A program made the position numbers and the translations under genes. The notes under the pieces were generated by a model. That model made no database searches. It worked only from the letters and a program-made list of their open reading frames with translations, and was not told the origin of the DNA. From IMG/VR virus record IMGVR_UViG_3300042516_003202: DNA of 64,000 nt. One strand, given 5' to 3'. The stretch comes from a virus. How positions within the stretch are numbered: the first letter of the stretch is position 1; each line of letters opens with the position of its first letter. This document shows positions 46,801 to 56,561 of the stretch, piece by piece.

Positions 46801-47982
46801 TGTTTCTATTTTATTAGAAACATCATTTATTCTAATATTTCCTGAATGTAGTTTGGAAATAGTTCCAACACCAGAAGCGTTAATATTTGTAGAATTTACA
46901 AATCCTGCGGTAGTTACACCAATATTCGAATATGTTGAATTTAAAGAATTTGTTGTAATAATACCAGAATTAACTTGCGTTAATTGTGATGCGAAAGAAT
47001 TTGTTCTAAAAACATTTAATGTAGTAACAATTCCAGTATTAGTAACTCTAAGATTTGATGTTGTTGTGAATCCAGATGAAAAAATATCATTAGCAGTAAG
47101 AATACCAACAGTAACAATTCCTGATACTGAAATATCACTAGACCAATTAACTCCATTAGATCCATTTGAAACTAAAAACTGACCAGGATTTCCATTACTA
47201 CCTGCAATGGAAACTCTTGCTCCTCCAGAAAATGTTAAATCACTTGAATTAATTTCGAATCCATTTGATGCATAGAATGACCCACCAGTAAATGATGATC
47301 CCGTAACATTTCTGCTGAATAAACCATTACTATTAAAAGTAACTACACCAATATATGCTCTAGTTGCTGTCAGGGTTCCTACTGTTGCGATGCCTGATGG
47401 CAAATTAATGTTATTTGGTAATCTTGCATTATCTAAAGTTCCTGAAGAAATATTAGATGCATTTATGTTGGTAATATTTGTACCACTTCCATCAAAAGAA
47501 CCTGCGGTTATAATTCCAGATGCTCTAATATTTCCAGTAGAATTAATACCAACACCAATTTGTCCAAGTTCAGTTCTTCCCCCTATTTGCAAAGTTTGAG
47601 TTGGAATATTGGTTGCAATTCCAACTCTATTTCTAAGAATATAAGAACTTGTAATTCCAGGCTGATTATAGTCTACCCATTGATTGGTTGGTATTCCATC
47701 TAAATACGAACCGTCTCCATAATATCTCGTCGCACTTATTATTCCAGAGTCGGTCATCGTAATATATGAACCAACCCTCAAATCAACAAAAGAAGCGATT
47801 CCTGAGATAATCATCGCTTTCATGGTTGATAAACCAGAAACAGAGATATCTCCGTATACGTCAAGATTAGTTCTAGGAATAGTCGTTCCTATACCAACAA
47901 GTCCATTAGCATTTACGAAAAAGTTATCCTCATCAACTTGAACACCATTCCTAAAACTAAATGACTTATTATAATTTGCCAT
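43894..47982 (-). CDS. Tail fibre-like virion protein (1362 aa) with internal 82-aa repeats
   Basis: VGIGTT motifs, S/T/G-rich beta repeats, SFAEAYIDEVQIG repeats; ATAAATA late box at about 48001. Confidence 0.8.
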   Translation of the reverse strand: MANYNKSFSFRNGVQVDEDNFFVNANGLVGIGTTIPRTNLDVYGDISVSGLSTMKAMIISGIASFVDLRVGSYITMTDSGIISATRYYGDGSYLDGIPTNQWVDYNQPGITSSYILRNRVGIATNIPTQTLQIGGRTELGQIGVGINSTGNIRASGIITAGSFDGSGTNITNINASNISSGTLDNARLPNNINLPSGIATVGTLTATRAYIGVVTFNSNGLFSRNVTGSSFTGGSFYASNGFEINSSDLTFSGGARVSIAGSNGNPGQFLVSNGSNGVNWSSDISVSGIVTVGILTANDIFSSGFTTTSNLRVTNTGIVTTLNVFRTNSFASQLTQVNSGIITTNSLNSTYSNIGVTTAGFVNSTNINASGVGTISKLHSGNIRINDVSNKIETNSGDLFLGSAGTKIEVSNNLYVSGNSYLAGIVTSATGIVPDSNNSGYLGSSAKSFAEAYIDEVQIGVANAAGIVSTRSGALSLDSNTGTVSISKDLSVSRNSTFSGISTFNSSINISGSLNPNTDLSASLGSSTKSFAEAYIDEVQIGVANAAGIVSTRSGDLSLDANSRRVSVVRDFSIGQNLSVTGISTLSGLVNITTGIIPSNDNNGYLGSSTKSFAEAYIDEVQIGVTNAAGIVSTRSGDLSLDANTGKVSVVKDFIVNRNVSVTGISTLSGLVNITTGIIPTNDNSGYLGSSSKSLAEAYIDEVQIGVANAAGIVSTRSGDLSLDSNTGKVSVVKDFIVNRNLSVTGISTLTDLIINDSVVPDSDGGSYLGSAGTSFANAHIANINIGAFGAGIISTRSGNLTLDSITGRVLVSKDLISERNLNVSGILTAPNLYSDYSIVNINISPDSDKGSSIGYAATAFENAYINEVTIGVAGTNSIGTRNSNTLQLTSSSGIVTVTNSLFVNSNLESNNLNIIGIATVGSAILPISNNNGSVGSSSKAFGSAYFNKIRLGVSGSGNIIDTAAGELILQSTSSLVRISDQLIVDNEIYSGPLYVDSSYVGIGTTTSLSSKLEVVDQSTVSIKIDSKTSNSSLILSSLSNQGRLIFGGSDFTFENRTVGSFNFNLHSGGVAGINTGSFKWNNSYLSNEIMTLTYDGKLGINQDEPQHNLHVVGTSTITSDTYIGNDLYVNGKIGATGTGVTISRDLYVGNGLFASGVSTFSNLRVNGNTVITGITTLRLAEGTQLNGNVFTEVGISTFNELSITGIVSITEASGIGIGTTSPNASIHIITQGGGLAGGIISPAIAVGVNTNDVGNGGIVLYQSGQVVSGGSIRIVDESTIEIDSSGSIGIGTDEPTCKADFFYAGVGIGSTGESAKYAFMLPPGITSDQRVGLHTRPGAFIFNTTVNKHQMYNGTTWYDMY
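45650..46660 (-). repeat. 246-bp (82-aa) tandem coding repeats
   Basis: Four near-identical AEAYIDEVQIGV.NAAGIVSTRSG.LSLD units plus diverged copies. Confidence 0.85.
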
Positions 47983-47999
47983 TTCTTACAGCTTTTTAG

Positions 48000-50900
48000 T
48001 TATTTATCTGATAACTTTTGCTCAAGTTTTTCTACCTTATCTGCAAGTTCTTTAATAGCTTCAATAAGTAAAGGAACTATTTTTTCATACTTAACAGTTA
48101 AGTAATCATTATTTGCTGGAGCAGGAGAAACTGCCTCTGGAAGAACTGCTTGAATCTGCTGTGCCGAAACACCAACATGTGTTGTTTCAGTGCTGAAACC
48201 AAGTGTAGCACCAATCTCATTAAAGTTATATGTAAATCCACTGAGAGACAGAACTTTTTCAAGAGCATTTTCAAGTGGTTTGATATTGGTTTTAAGTCTT
48301 TCATCAGAAGCAAATGCAACAATATCTCCAGTAACAGACAACTCGTTTGAAGAAGCATCAAAGTACAAACCACTGTCGCTATAGAAAGACTTATTTCCAC
48401 CATTTGTAGTTTCTGTTAATGCAATACGATATGTTCCACTATCTGAGGAAGAATTCACATAAAGTTTAGTCGCAGTATCAGCATTACCAGTTACATTACC
48501 AGTTACATTACCAGTTAGGTTTCCAGTAACACCTCCACTAGCAGTAATTCTTCCACTAACATTAAGAGTTGATGCTAAAACAACTGCTCCTGCAAGATTT
48601 AAATTTCCACCAACATAAAGATTTTTAGCAACTCCTAAACCACCAGAAACTGTTAATGCACCTGTTGATGTGCTAGATGATTCTGTAGTATTTGAAATTG
48701 CAAGAGTTCCAGATACTGCCAAGTTAGCAATAGTTGTAGTTCCAAGTACAGTAAGATTTCCTGTAGTATAAATTGCACCATCAGTGGTCTGGATATAAGC
48801 TTTTTCAGTATTGTCTGCTCTACGAATAGATAATTTTTGACTATCCCCTCTCAAAATTATAGAAGAATCATATACTGTAGTGGTTCCAGTAACATCCAAA
48901 GCAGATTCAATTCTAACCAAATTGGTAGAAGAATCTAAAATTAAGTTTTGACTATTGTAAGTTGTAATTCTATTATCTTGAGTATCGTCTGCAATTCTAA
49001 TATATCCAATAAATGCTTCAGCAAAAGGTCTTGTAGAAGATCCTAACTTAGTGCCTAAAGAAGCGTATGGTAGAATGTCACTTTCAACGGTTGTTACTCC
49101 TTTAAGATATGATGTTCCATCAACGTTTAAAGTCCCATCAACATCTAAATTATCCTGAACATTTACAGTTCCTGATGTTGAATCAAGTAGTAAGTTTCCA
49201 CTTGAAGTATCAATCTTATTATCTGCAGCAACTCCAATACGAACATCATCAATTGTTGCTCCACCATTAGCATCAAGAAGACCTGTTAATGTTGTTTGGC
49301 CAGTAACAGATAAGGTAGATCCTAAAGTTGTTGCTCCATCAGAATTTAACGTTCCATCAACATCTAAATTATCTTGAACGTTTACAGTTCCTGATGCAGA
49401 ATCTAAAATTAAAGATGTTGAATTTTTTGTATCAATTACGTTTGTTCCAGTAACACCAATTCTAACATTCTTTAATGATCCTCCAGAAACAGAATCAATT
49501 ACTGCATTGAATGTAGCAGTATCTAGTGAAGAATCTCCTAAAACTATGTCACCTTTTAGATTGGTAATTGCATTAACTGTTAAATTAGATTCGAATGTTG
49601 CAGCATCTTTTACTTTTAGAGAATCATAGATATAAACTTCATCTACACCACTGATAAGACGTAATTGAGTTGATGCAGTATCAATTGTATTATCATCAGA
49701 AACTCCAATACGTATATTTTTAATAATTGCACCGCCATTAATGTCTAACAATCCAGCAACTGTTAAGTCGCCGTCAACATTAGCATTAAAATCTATATCT
49801 ATGTTTGCTGCAACTCTAACATTATTGGTATTAGAATCTAAAACTAAATCTCCAGATGCAGTGTCTATAGTTGTTGCTGCAGTAGCACCTATTCTAATTT
49901 CATCAATATATGCTGCAGAGAATTTCTTAGTTGAAGATCCAATAGTAGAGTTTGATGAAGTTGTTGTTGTATGTGGAACCAAGTTTGACTGAATAGCAGT
50001 TTCTCCAGTCAAATATGTTGTTCCATCTACGTTTAGATTATTATTAACATCTAAATCGTCATCAACTATAACAGTACCTGCTGAAGAATCTAGAACTAAA
50101 CTTCCAGATGCAGTATCTATTGTTCTTTCACCAATAACAGCAATTTTAATTTCATCAATATATGCTGCAGAAAATTTCTTAGATGAAGTTCCAATAGTTG
50201 AGTTTAATGAAGATGTTGTTGTATGTGGAACCAAATTTGATTGAAGTGTAGTTTCTCCAGTCAAATATGTTGTTCCGTCTACATTTAAATTGTTGTTAAT
50301 ATCTAAATCATCATCAACTACTACAGTACCTGCAGAAGAGTCTAATGTTAAATTGCCAGATCTAGTATCAATTTCACCTCCTCCACTTGCACCTATTCTA
50401 ATTTCATCAATATATGCTTCGGAGAATGATTTATCTAATGAACCAATGTATGCACCTTCATTTTCATCAGGAAGTAATCCAGTTACAACTGTAGTAATTC
50501 CAAGTAAATTAGTTTGCCCATTAATAGTTAATGCCTGATTAACTATTAAATGATCGTCTACAATAACATTTGTTGATGCGGTTTGTGTTTTTAAAATTAA
50601 ATCACCAGTCCAAGAATTTATTGTTCTATCTTGTATTTCAGTTCCTCCGGGAGTACCTTCAGTTGCAATTCCAATTCCACCGAACCATCCAGATGCCCAA
50701 GGTCTCTCAGCAGATCCAATATAAGCATCTTCAATAGAATCTGGAACAAGACCAGTATTAAATTGAACTTGTCCATTAAATGTTGCGGTTCCTGAAATAC
50801 TTACATTACCACCAATATTAACATTCTTTGCAATACCAAAACCACCTCTAGCAATAACAGATCCTGTAGTAGTGCTTGTCGAATCTGTAGTATTATTTAA

Positions 50901-53900
50901 TTTTAAGATGCTGGAAAGAATTAACTCACCATTCATCTTAGTTTGTCTATTATTAATAATGATATTTTCGTTGAATGTAACAGGACCATCAAATTGAGAA
51001 AGAATTTGTTTTGATTTTCCACCTTCTACAAGAATTCTTTCTTTAATAATTGCTTCATCAAATACCACACTCAATCTAGAAGGATCTTGTCCAGTAACTG
51101 TTGGGATTGGAATATCAAAAGTTAATTGTTCACCCGAAGATGAAGCATATTTCGTATTTCCAATGAAGAAATCACCATCACTATTCATTCCGGTATAAAG
51201 TGCGGATCCTCCAGATCTTTCTTGTGATTGTGCAAGAAAATCTTCTCTTTCTGTTAAAGTTTTAACTTGAATTTGTGGAAGACCAGTTGAGTAGTTACCA
51301 GGACCATATCCAAGGTATTCAAACGTATGACCAGATGCTCTTAAAATAGATGGTCTTCTAATTTCAATTGGAATTGGAGATATTTTCTTAATTATTGCAC
51401 CTGCATAGTGATTTTCTTTTGCGGTTCCAAAATATCCCCTAATTGCTGTGATTTTATTATTTCCAGATCCAGTTAAAGTGCTACTGGAAACTCTCATAAT
51501 TTCACTATCTATTTGAATATAAGAACCTAATTCAAATCTAGTGGTAGTAGAAATACCAGAATTTCTAACAGTTATTGCAAAAGTTGAAGTTTCTGAAGTA
51601 TCTGTAATAATATTTTCTTCAAGAGTTGCTTGTTCATTTGCATAGAAATGCATTCCTCTTGATCCTACATTTTCCGATCCAGCATCTGATGTTAAATCAT
51701 TAGAATTAAATCCGTGCTTAAGAACTCTAACAGTTCCAGAAAATGTTCTATTTGTTAATGCTGTAAATGTATTGACACCTACAACATCTCTAACTAAATA
51801 ATCTCCAAAATTATTAGATGCTGAGAAAGAATCATTTAAAACTCTAAATTTATTTCCTGCAACTAATCCATGACCGTGTTGGAATGTAAATGTGCATATT
51901 CCAGTAGCACTGGAATACTGAATATTAGATGTTGACGTTGATGGGCCAACATTCATAACATACTGTCCAATAATTATATTTGGATCTCCAGAAGTTTTTG
52001 CAATAGCAATTTGATTCTTGGCAGGAATATCATATACTCTTAATAAATTATCGGATGCAGTTCCAATACCAGTAATTTGTACAGAGTTGTTTCTGCAAAT
52101 AGATATTGATCTTTCAGAAATTGTAATAGATGCACCAGAAAATCCTTCTAAATCTAAGGTTTGACCAGATACATATCCAGATCCACCATCCATAATTTTT
52201 AAGGATGATATTGATCCCGATGAAACTGTTACTTGAGCCGTTGCTCCATTCCAAGATGTATTTGCGTTTAACAATCTAACATTATAATAAGTTCCATTTG
52301 GTAGACCAGATCCTGCAGTTAAAGTGTCATATCCAACAATAGAATTTAATCCGTGCTCAGTATTAAGAGTTATAGTACAAATTCCAGCAGATATGGCAGA
52401 AACGGTATCAATTTTGAAACCTTTACCAAAATCTTTAATGAATGTGTCCATAGCTTCCCTGGTCACACTCTTCTTCAAATCATTTGTTATAACTTCTCCA
52501 AGTGGAGAAACTTTTGCATATGAATATGAGGAACTTGGGTTATCGTCAATATTATCTCTATCTTGTTGAGGATATAAATCAACTACGTTTTGATTATATT
52601 TGTAATCATTGAAATGATTAGGAACAGAAACATCAGATTTTAATACATAAGCATGATATATTCCATCTTGCGCATTAAAGATATATGGTGATATTGTTTC
52701 TACGCGATAGATGTAAAAATTAGATTGTAAATCATTTCTTTCAAATCTAGGCAAATAAATGTCTCTAGTTGTTGGACCAGAGAAGATACCTACATTATGA
52801 TAATTACCGTTATAGTCTGTTCTAGAATAGGTAAATGACTTATTATTAACAATACTTGATACTATAAAATCACCATTAAATCCTGTTAAACCGACTCCTG
52901 TTAAATTAGTTGAAGATTTGACATTTTTTACTAAAACTCTATCACCAACTTTAAGATTATGAGGACGCTCTGAAACTACTGTTACTGAAGAAGAATCAAA
53001 AGAACATGTACTAATAAATCTTGGATTTCTATTATAATCAAAATTATTTGCAGTAATATTTGTCAAATTAAAATCAGAATTGTTTATTTGACCTGTTTTA
53101 CTACTTTCTTGAATTACAAATCCTTCCGAAGGATTTCTTGCATTTGGACACTCTTTAGGTATAGCAATTCTTACTTTATATAATCTTTCGTCCAAACTTC
53201 TGTTGTCTGGATAACGTTTAATATATGTTACATCAGTTCTAGGTTCATCAAATCCAACCACTCCTAAAGACCAAAGGCTTTGGTATATTGTATTATTTGG
53301 TTGTACATGGACAAACCAATTTGAACGATTTGGATCATATTGTATAGGAGATCCTAAATCTCCACTTTCTTTATCAGAAACTCTACTTAAAACTTTAAGT
53401 GAAGATCCTCCATACATTTTAATACCAACACCATTTACAGCGTTAGTAAAAGATGTTGCAACTTTAAGACCAGTTATAAAATTACCACTACCAACACGAA
53501 TTGCATAATATATTTTATTTGGAGTAATATTTTCTGGTAAATCTCCAACATTACTTAAAATAAGAATTTTTTCACCAGTTTGTATTTCATGATTTGTATC
53601 AGTGTACATGGTATCATATAGGGGCGCAGAAGTTATCTGTGCAATTCTATATTCTTTTAATCCTGTGTCAGATCCATCAATATATGTTAAACCAGAACCA
53701 ACTGTGTTGTTGGTCATCAAAATTCTAGCATCTTTTTCAGTGCCATCTGGTAATGTCAGATATAATACATCATCTACTTTTGCTCCAACTCTATATCCTT
53801 GAATTAGACCTGGTGGAACGTTATCTACACTATTAAAACCAAACAAATAAAGGTGACTGGATATGCCAACAGCGGTAGTTAAACCAACATCAATGGAAAT

Positions 53901-55589
53901 CCAATCAACGTTTTGCTCATTAGTTGTAATTGATTTTGGTGTAATTAAAGAAGTTATATAACCATAATTATCTTTAGAGAATGCTTCTTTTTTAAATCCT
54001 TCAGCATTTAGTGAAAATTGACCAAAATTAGAGTTTGAGTTTGTGATTGACTGGTCTCCGCCAGATTGTGCATCAAAATGCTTGTTAAATCCAATCGCAA
54101 AAACAGAAACTACCTGGATGATAGAATCATTTGAACATTTGATGTGAGTAGTTTCCCATCCTCTTCTATAAACGGCATCACTATCTAAGTGATATACTGT
54201 ATCACTATTTGTCGATGATGCTCCAGATGATAAAGAAGAACCGTATACTTTTTCAATAGGTATTCCTGTATACGATCTAGTTACTGGATTGTATTTTACA
54301 AATGCACGATCATCTTTTTGGAGAGAAACTGCAGTGTATTGTGCAACAACCATTGAACGGAATCCAGATGCTTTTGCACCATCCGCGTGCATTCCATTCA
54401 ATCCCCAAACCGATCTTAAAGAGCAGTTGAAAATATAAGGAGATGCTCCTCTAACTGTATCAGTATCAATAGTAACAGTAGCAGATCCTCCAGGATCTGC
54501 AGGAAGATCATTTCTTACTGCTCTAAGAGTATATGTAAACGTAGTTGGTGTTGGAACTGATTGAACTACTGTAGAAACATTATAATCACTTACATTGACC
54601 CCTTTAATCTTAATTGGAGTATCAACTGTGAGATTGTGTGGAACTAATGTGGTTACGGTGACAACAGAGTTTGGAGTTGCACCATCTCCAGAATAGATTG
54701 AAGTAATTTGTACTGGGTCAGTTCCAAATGCACCAACTATTTCCCATTCACTTCTTTCTTTTGCAAAACCTTCAGGTAATAATGGGAATTTTTGTGCTGC
54801 TGGAACTTGACGAGTTGATCCTTCATTAAAGGCATTTGATAATTTGGCATAATACATGTCCAAATCAGTTAGTTCATAATTATTTGGAACATTTACACCA
54901 TCTACATATTCAAATACTGTTAATTTATGGTGTGAAAATGTAGGAATTGCTTGGTTGCCTGATCCAAGATCAAAAATAGAATTATCTGTATATACTAATT
55001 GATTTTGATCTGCATCAAATAAGGAAAAATTCCAGAAAAAACAATTACCAGTAATTCTGAAAAATGAAGATGAAGGGACGTTATTATCAGTTGGATTTGG
55101 AACATATTTTGGTCTTATTTTTGTCTTTCTTAAATCCAATCCAATTAGTGATGTTCCTCTTGGCAGAATAACTCCACCATTTATACTATTAAATTTGTAT
55201 AGAATATTATCTTCTTGAGTTAAATCAAAATTACTCTGTAAATTTAAATTAAATACATCAGATGCTGGAGTCGTAACTGTACCTGATGGTGATACTGCTT
55301 GGGCAAGAGCGGTGCCAACTTTACGAATTCCAAAACCAGGTCTGTTATCAATAAGATGTTCCCCTGGATATACTAAGATAGTGGTTCTGTCATTCCTATC
55401 ATTATTTTCTCCAGGAACAAAAGAAAATCTTGCTGCTTCTAAAAGAGCTCTTTGAATAGTTTTAAATGGTTTAGTAAGAGAATTACCTTGATTGGTAATG
55501 CTATCTGTTGCATCTAAATCGTTTGAATTTACATATAGAATTCTACCTTCATAATTCTTGATAAAATTCTCTAACTTATTAAGAGGCAT
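48000..55589 (-). CDS. Giant tail fibre/virion protein (2529 aa) with C-terminal peptidase S74 chaperone
   Basis: MPLNKLENF..RILYV..KPFKTIQRALLEAARFS N-term; about 84-aa AYIDEI repeats; C-term AFASDERLKTNI..LTVKYEKIVPLLIEAIKEL. Confidence 0.85.
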   Translation of the reverse strand: MPLNKLENFIKNYEGRILYVNSNDLDATDSITNQGNSLTKPFKTIQRALLEAARFSFVPGENNDRNDRTTILVYPGEHLIDNRPGFGIRKVGTALAQAVSPSGTVTTPASDVFNLNLQSNFDLTQEDNILYKFNSINGGVILPRGTSLIGLDLRKTKIRPKYVPNPTDNNVPSSSFFRITGNCFFWNFSLFDADQNQLVYTDNSIFDLGSGNQAIPTFSHHKLTVFEYVDGVNVPNNYELTDLDMYYAKLSNAFNEGSTRQVPAAQKFPLLPEGFAKERSEWEIVGAFGTDPVQITSIYSGDGATPNSVVTVTTLVPHNLTVDTPIKIKGVNVSDYNVSTVVQSVPTPTTFTYTLRAVRNDLPADPGGSATVTIDTDTVRGASPYIFNCSLRSVWGLNGMHADGAKASGFRSMVVAQYTAVSLQKDDRAFVKYNPVTRSYTGIPIEKVYGSSLSSGASSTNSDTVYHLDSDAVYRRGWETTHIKCSNDSIIQVVSVFAIGFNKHFDAQSGGDQSITNSNSNFGQFSLNAEGFKKEAFSKDNYGYITSLITPKSITTNEQNVDWISIDVGLTTAVGISSHLYLFGFNSVDNVPPGLIQGYRVGAKVDDVLYLTLPDGTEKDARILMTNNTVGSGLTYIDGSDTGLKEYRIAQITSAPLYDTMYTDTNHEIQTGEKILILSNVGDLPENITPNKIYYAIRVGSGNFITGLKVATSFTNAVNGVGIKMYGGSSLKVLSRVSDKESGDLGSPIQYDPNRSNWFVHVQPNNTIYQSLWSLGVVGFDEPRTDVTYIKRYPDNRSLDERLYKVRIAIPKECPNARNPSEGFVIQESSKTGQINNSDFNLTNITANNFDYNRNPRFISTCSFDSSSVTVVSERPHNLKVGDRVLVKNVKSSTNLTGVGLTGFNGDFIVSSIVNNKSFTYSRTDYNGNYHNVGIFSGPTTRDIYLPRFERNDLQSNFYIYRVETISPYIFNAQDGIYHAYVLKSDVSVPNHFNDYKYNQNVVDLYPQQDRDNIDDNPSSSYSYAKVSPLGEVITNDLKKSVTREAMDTFIKDFGKGFKIDTVSAISAGICTITLNTEHGLNSIVGYDTLTAGSGLPNGTYYNVRLLNANTSWNGATAQVTVSSGSISSLKIMDGGSGYVSGQTLDLEGFSGASITISERSISICRNNSVQITGIGTASDNLLRVYDIPAKNQIAIAKTSGDPNIIIGQYVMNVGPSTSTSNIQYSSATGICTFTFQHGHGLVAGNKFRVLNDSFSASNNFGDYLVRDVVGVNTFTALTNRTFSGTVRVLKHGFNSNDLTSDAGSENVGSRGMHFYANEQATLEENIITDTSETSTFAITVRNSGISTTTRFELGSYIQIDSEIMRVSSSTLTGSGNNKITAIRGYFGTAKENHYAGAIIKKISPIPIEIRRPSILRASGHTFEYLGYGPGNYSTGLPQIQVKTLTEREDFLAQSQERSGGSALYTGMNSDGDFFIGNTKYASSSGEQLTFDIPIPTVTGQDPSRLSVVFDEAIIKERILVEGGKSKQILSQFDGPVTFNENIIINNRQTKMNGELILSSILKLNNTTDSTSTTTGSVIARGGFGIAKNVNIGGNVSISGTATFNGQVQFNTGLVPDSIEDAYIGSAERPWASGWFGGIGIATEGTPGGTEIQDRTINSWTGDLILKTQTASTNVIVDDHLIVNQALTINGQTNLLGITTVVTGLLPDENEGAYIGSLDKSFSEAYIDEIRIGASGGGEIDTRSGNLTLDSSAGTVVVDDDLDINNNLNVDGTTYLTGETTLQSNLVPHTTTSSLNSTIGTSSKKFSAAYIDEIKIAVIGERTIDTASGSLVLDSSAGTVIVDDDLDVNNNLNVDGTTYLTGETAIQSNLVPHTTTTSSNSTIGSSTKKFSAAYIDEIRIGATAATTIDTASGDLVLDSNTNNVRVAANIDIDFNANVDGDLTVAGLLDINGGAIIKNIRIGVSDDNTIDTASTQLRLISGVDEVYIYDSLKVKDAATFESNLTVNAITNLKGDIVLGDSSLDTATFNAVIDSVSGGSLKNVRIGVTGTNVIDTKNSTSLILDSASGTVNVQDNLDVDGTLNSDGATTLGSTLSVTGQTTLTGLLDANGGATIDDVRIGVAADNKIDTSSGNLLLDSTSGTVNVQDNLDVDGTLNVDGTSYLKGVTTVESDILPYASLGTKLGSSTRPFAEAFIGYIRIADDTQDNRITTYNSQNLILDSSTNLVRIESALDVTGTTTVYDSSIILRGDSQKLSIRRADNTEKAYIQTTDGAIYTTGNLTVLGTTTIANLAVSGTLAISNTTESSSTSTGALTVSGGLGVAKNLYVGGNLNLAGAVVLASTLNVSGRITASGGVTGNLTGNVTGNVTGNADTATKLYVNSSSDSGTYRIALTETTNGGNKSFYSDSGLYFDASSNELSVTGDIVAFASDERLKTNIKPLENALEKVLSLSGFTYNFNEIGATLGFSTETTHVGVSAQQIQAVLPEAVSPAPANNDYLTVKYEKIVPLLIEAIKELADKVEKLEQKLSDK

Positions 55590-55624
55590 CGGATTATATG
55601 AACCAAAATATTTCTATGTTTTAT

Positions 55625-55930
55625 TTAGTTCAGTAAATCCTCTTCGTCAAAAATATAATAATCATCGTCTGGCATATCTTCAGGGTTTTCTAACTCAATC
55701 GGAAACAAGCATGGATGACATTCTTCATCAATTAAATAAAATGAAGAATAGTATAAATCTTCTGGTTCAAATGTACGATTTTTATCTGCTTCTCTACAAA
55801 GATCTTGATCATACAAATGACCATCTGGTAATTCATCAAACGTAAAAGGTACGTGGTTGATAAAATACATCTTCACAATCATACTACCATTATTATACCA
55901 GCAGTATGCGTGATCAATACGATAAGACAT
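55625..55930 (-). CDS. Conserved cyanophage hypothetical protein
   Basis: YRIDHAYCWY..KMYFINHVPFTFDELP; ATAAATA box upstream. Confidence 0.85.
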   Translation of the reverse strand: MSYRIDHAYCWYNNGSMIVKMYFINHVPFTFDELPDGHLYDQDLCREADKNRTFEPEDLYYSSFYLIDEECHPCLFPIELENPEDMPDDDYYIFDEEDLLN

Positions 55931-55962
55931 AGGATTTACTCCCGTATCTTATATTTATTTTA

Positions 55963-56035
55963 TGCTCCTTGCGTGGATCGAACACGCCTCAGGCGAATTA
56001 TGAGTTCGCTGCATTCACCAGATTGCTAAAGGAGC
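55963..56035 (-). tRNA. tRNA with CAT anticodon, probably Ile2 (lysidine type)
   Basis: GCTCCTT/AAGGAGC acceptor, GCGAA-CTCATAA-TTCGC, GTTCGATC; C4:G69 and C5:G68 present; A73. Confidence 0.9.
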
Positions 56036-56037
56036 GA

Positions 56038-56109
56038 TGGGAATACTGGGAGTTGAACCCAGACTAAGCCCTTATAAGGAGCCCGCTCTAACCATTAAGC
56101 TATACTCCC
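56038..56109 (-). tRNA. tRNA-Ile (anticodon TAT)
   Basis: GGGAGTA/TATTCCC acceptor, GGCTC-CTTATAA-GGGCT, GTTCAACT. Confidence 0.9.
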
Positions 56110-56123
56110 ATAAACCCAGATCC

Positions 56124-56152
56124 ATTATAGAGGATCTGGAACTTTTTGTCAA
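56124..56152 (-). promoter_or_regulatory. sigma70 promoter for the tRNA pair
   Basis: TTGACA-17-TATAAT; inverted repeat CCAGATCC/GGATCTGG straddles the -10. Confidence 0.8.
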
Positions 56153-56340
56153 CTAGCTTCTTCGTGTTCTGTATGGATTCTTGTTAGATCATCTTTTTCT
56201 TCTGAATAATCATAAATTTTATACTTCATGAGAAGAACATTTCCAGATTTACCTTCTATGAGGAATTGATAACCTTTTTCAACTTGTTCCATAACGGAAT
56301 CAAAGTCTTTTTGCAGTTCTTCTACCGTGATAATCTTCAT
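56149..56340 (-). CDS. Phd/YefM-like orphan antitoxin-fold protein
   Basis: MKIITVEELQKDFDSVMEQVEKGYQFLI..GNVLLM pattern. Confidence 0.55.
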   Translation of the reverse strand: MKIITVEELQKDFDSVMEQVEKGYQFLIEGKSGNVLLMKYKIYDYSEEKDDLTRIHTEHEEAS

Positions 56341-56343
56341 GTC

Positions 56344-56535
56344 TTAAAAAGGATTAGAGTACACAAGAGTTTCTTCATCGACTTGAGTGCGAACTACTTC
56401 CAGAACATTCATGAATTGCTCAACAGTTTCACACTCTACAATTTTTTCACCACCTTCACTCGAGTAAAGATAAAATTTACGGGCAAGAGTATCAACAACA
56501 CAACGTGTCAGATATTCTTCAGTGTTAGAAGGCAT
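56344..56535 (-). CDS. Conserved cyanophage hypothetical protein
   Basis: VVDTLARKFYLYSSEG..VECETVEQFMNVL. Confidence 0.8.
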   Translation of the reverse strand: MPSNTEEYLTRCVVDTLARKFYLYSSEGGEKIVECETVEQFMNVLEVVRTQVDEETLVYSNPF

Positions 56536-56561
56536 TCGGGATTTGTTTTGATTACCTATGT

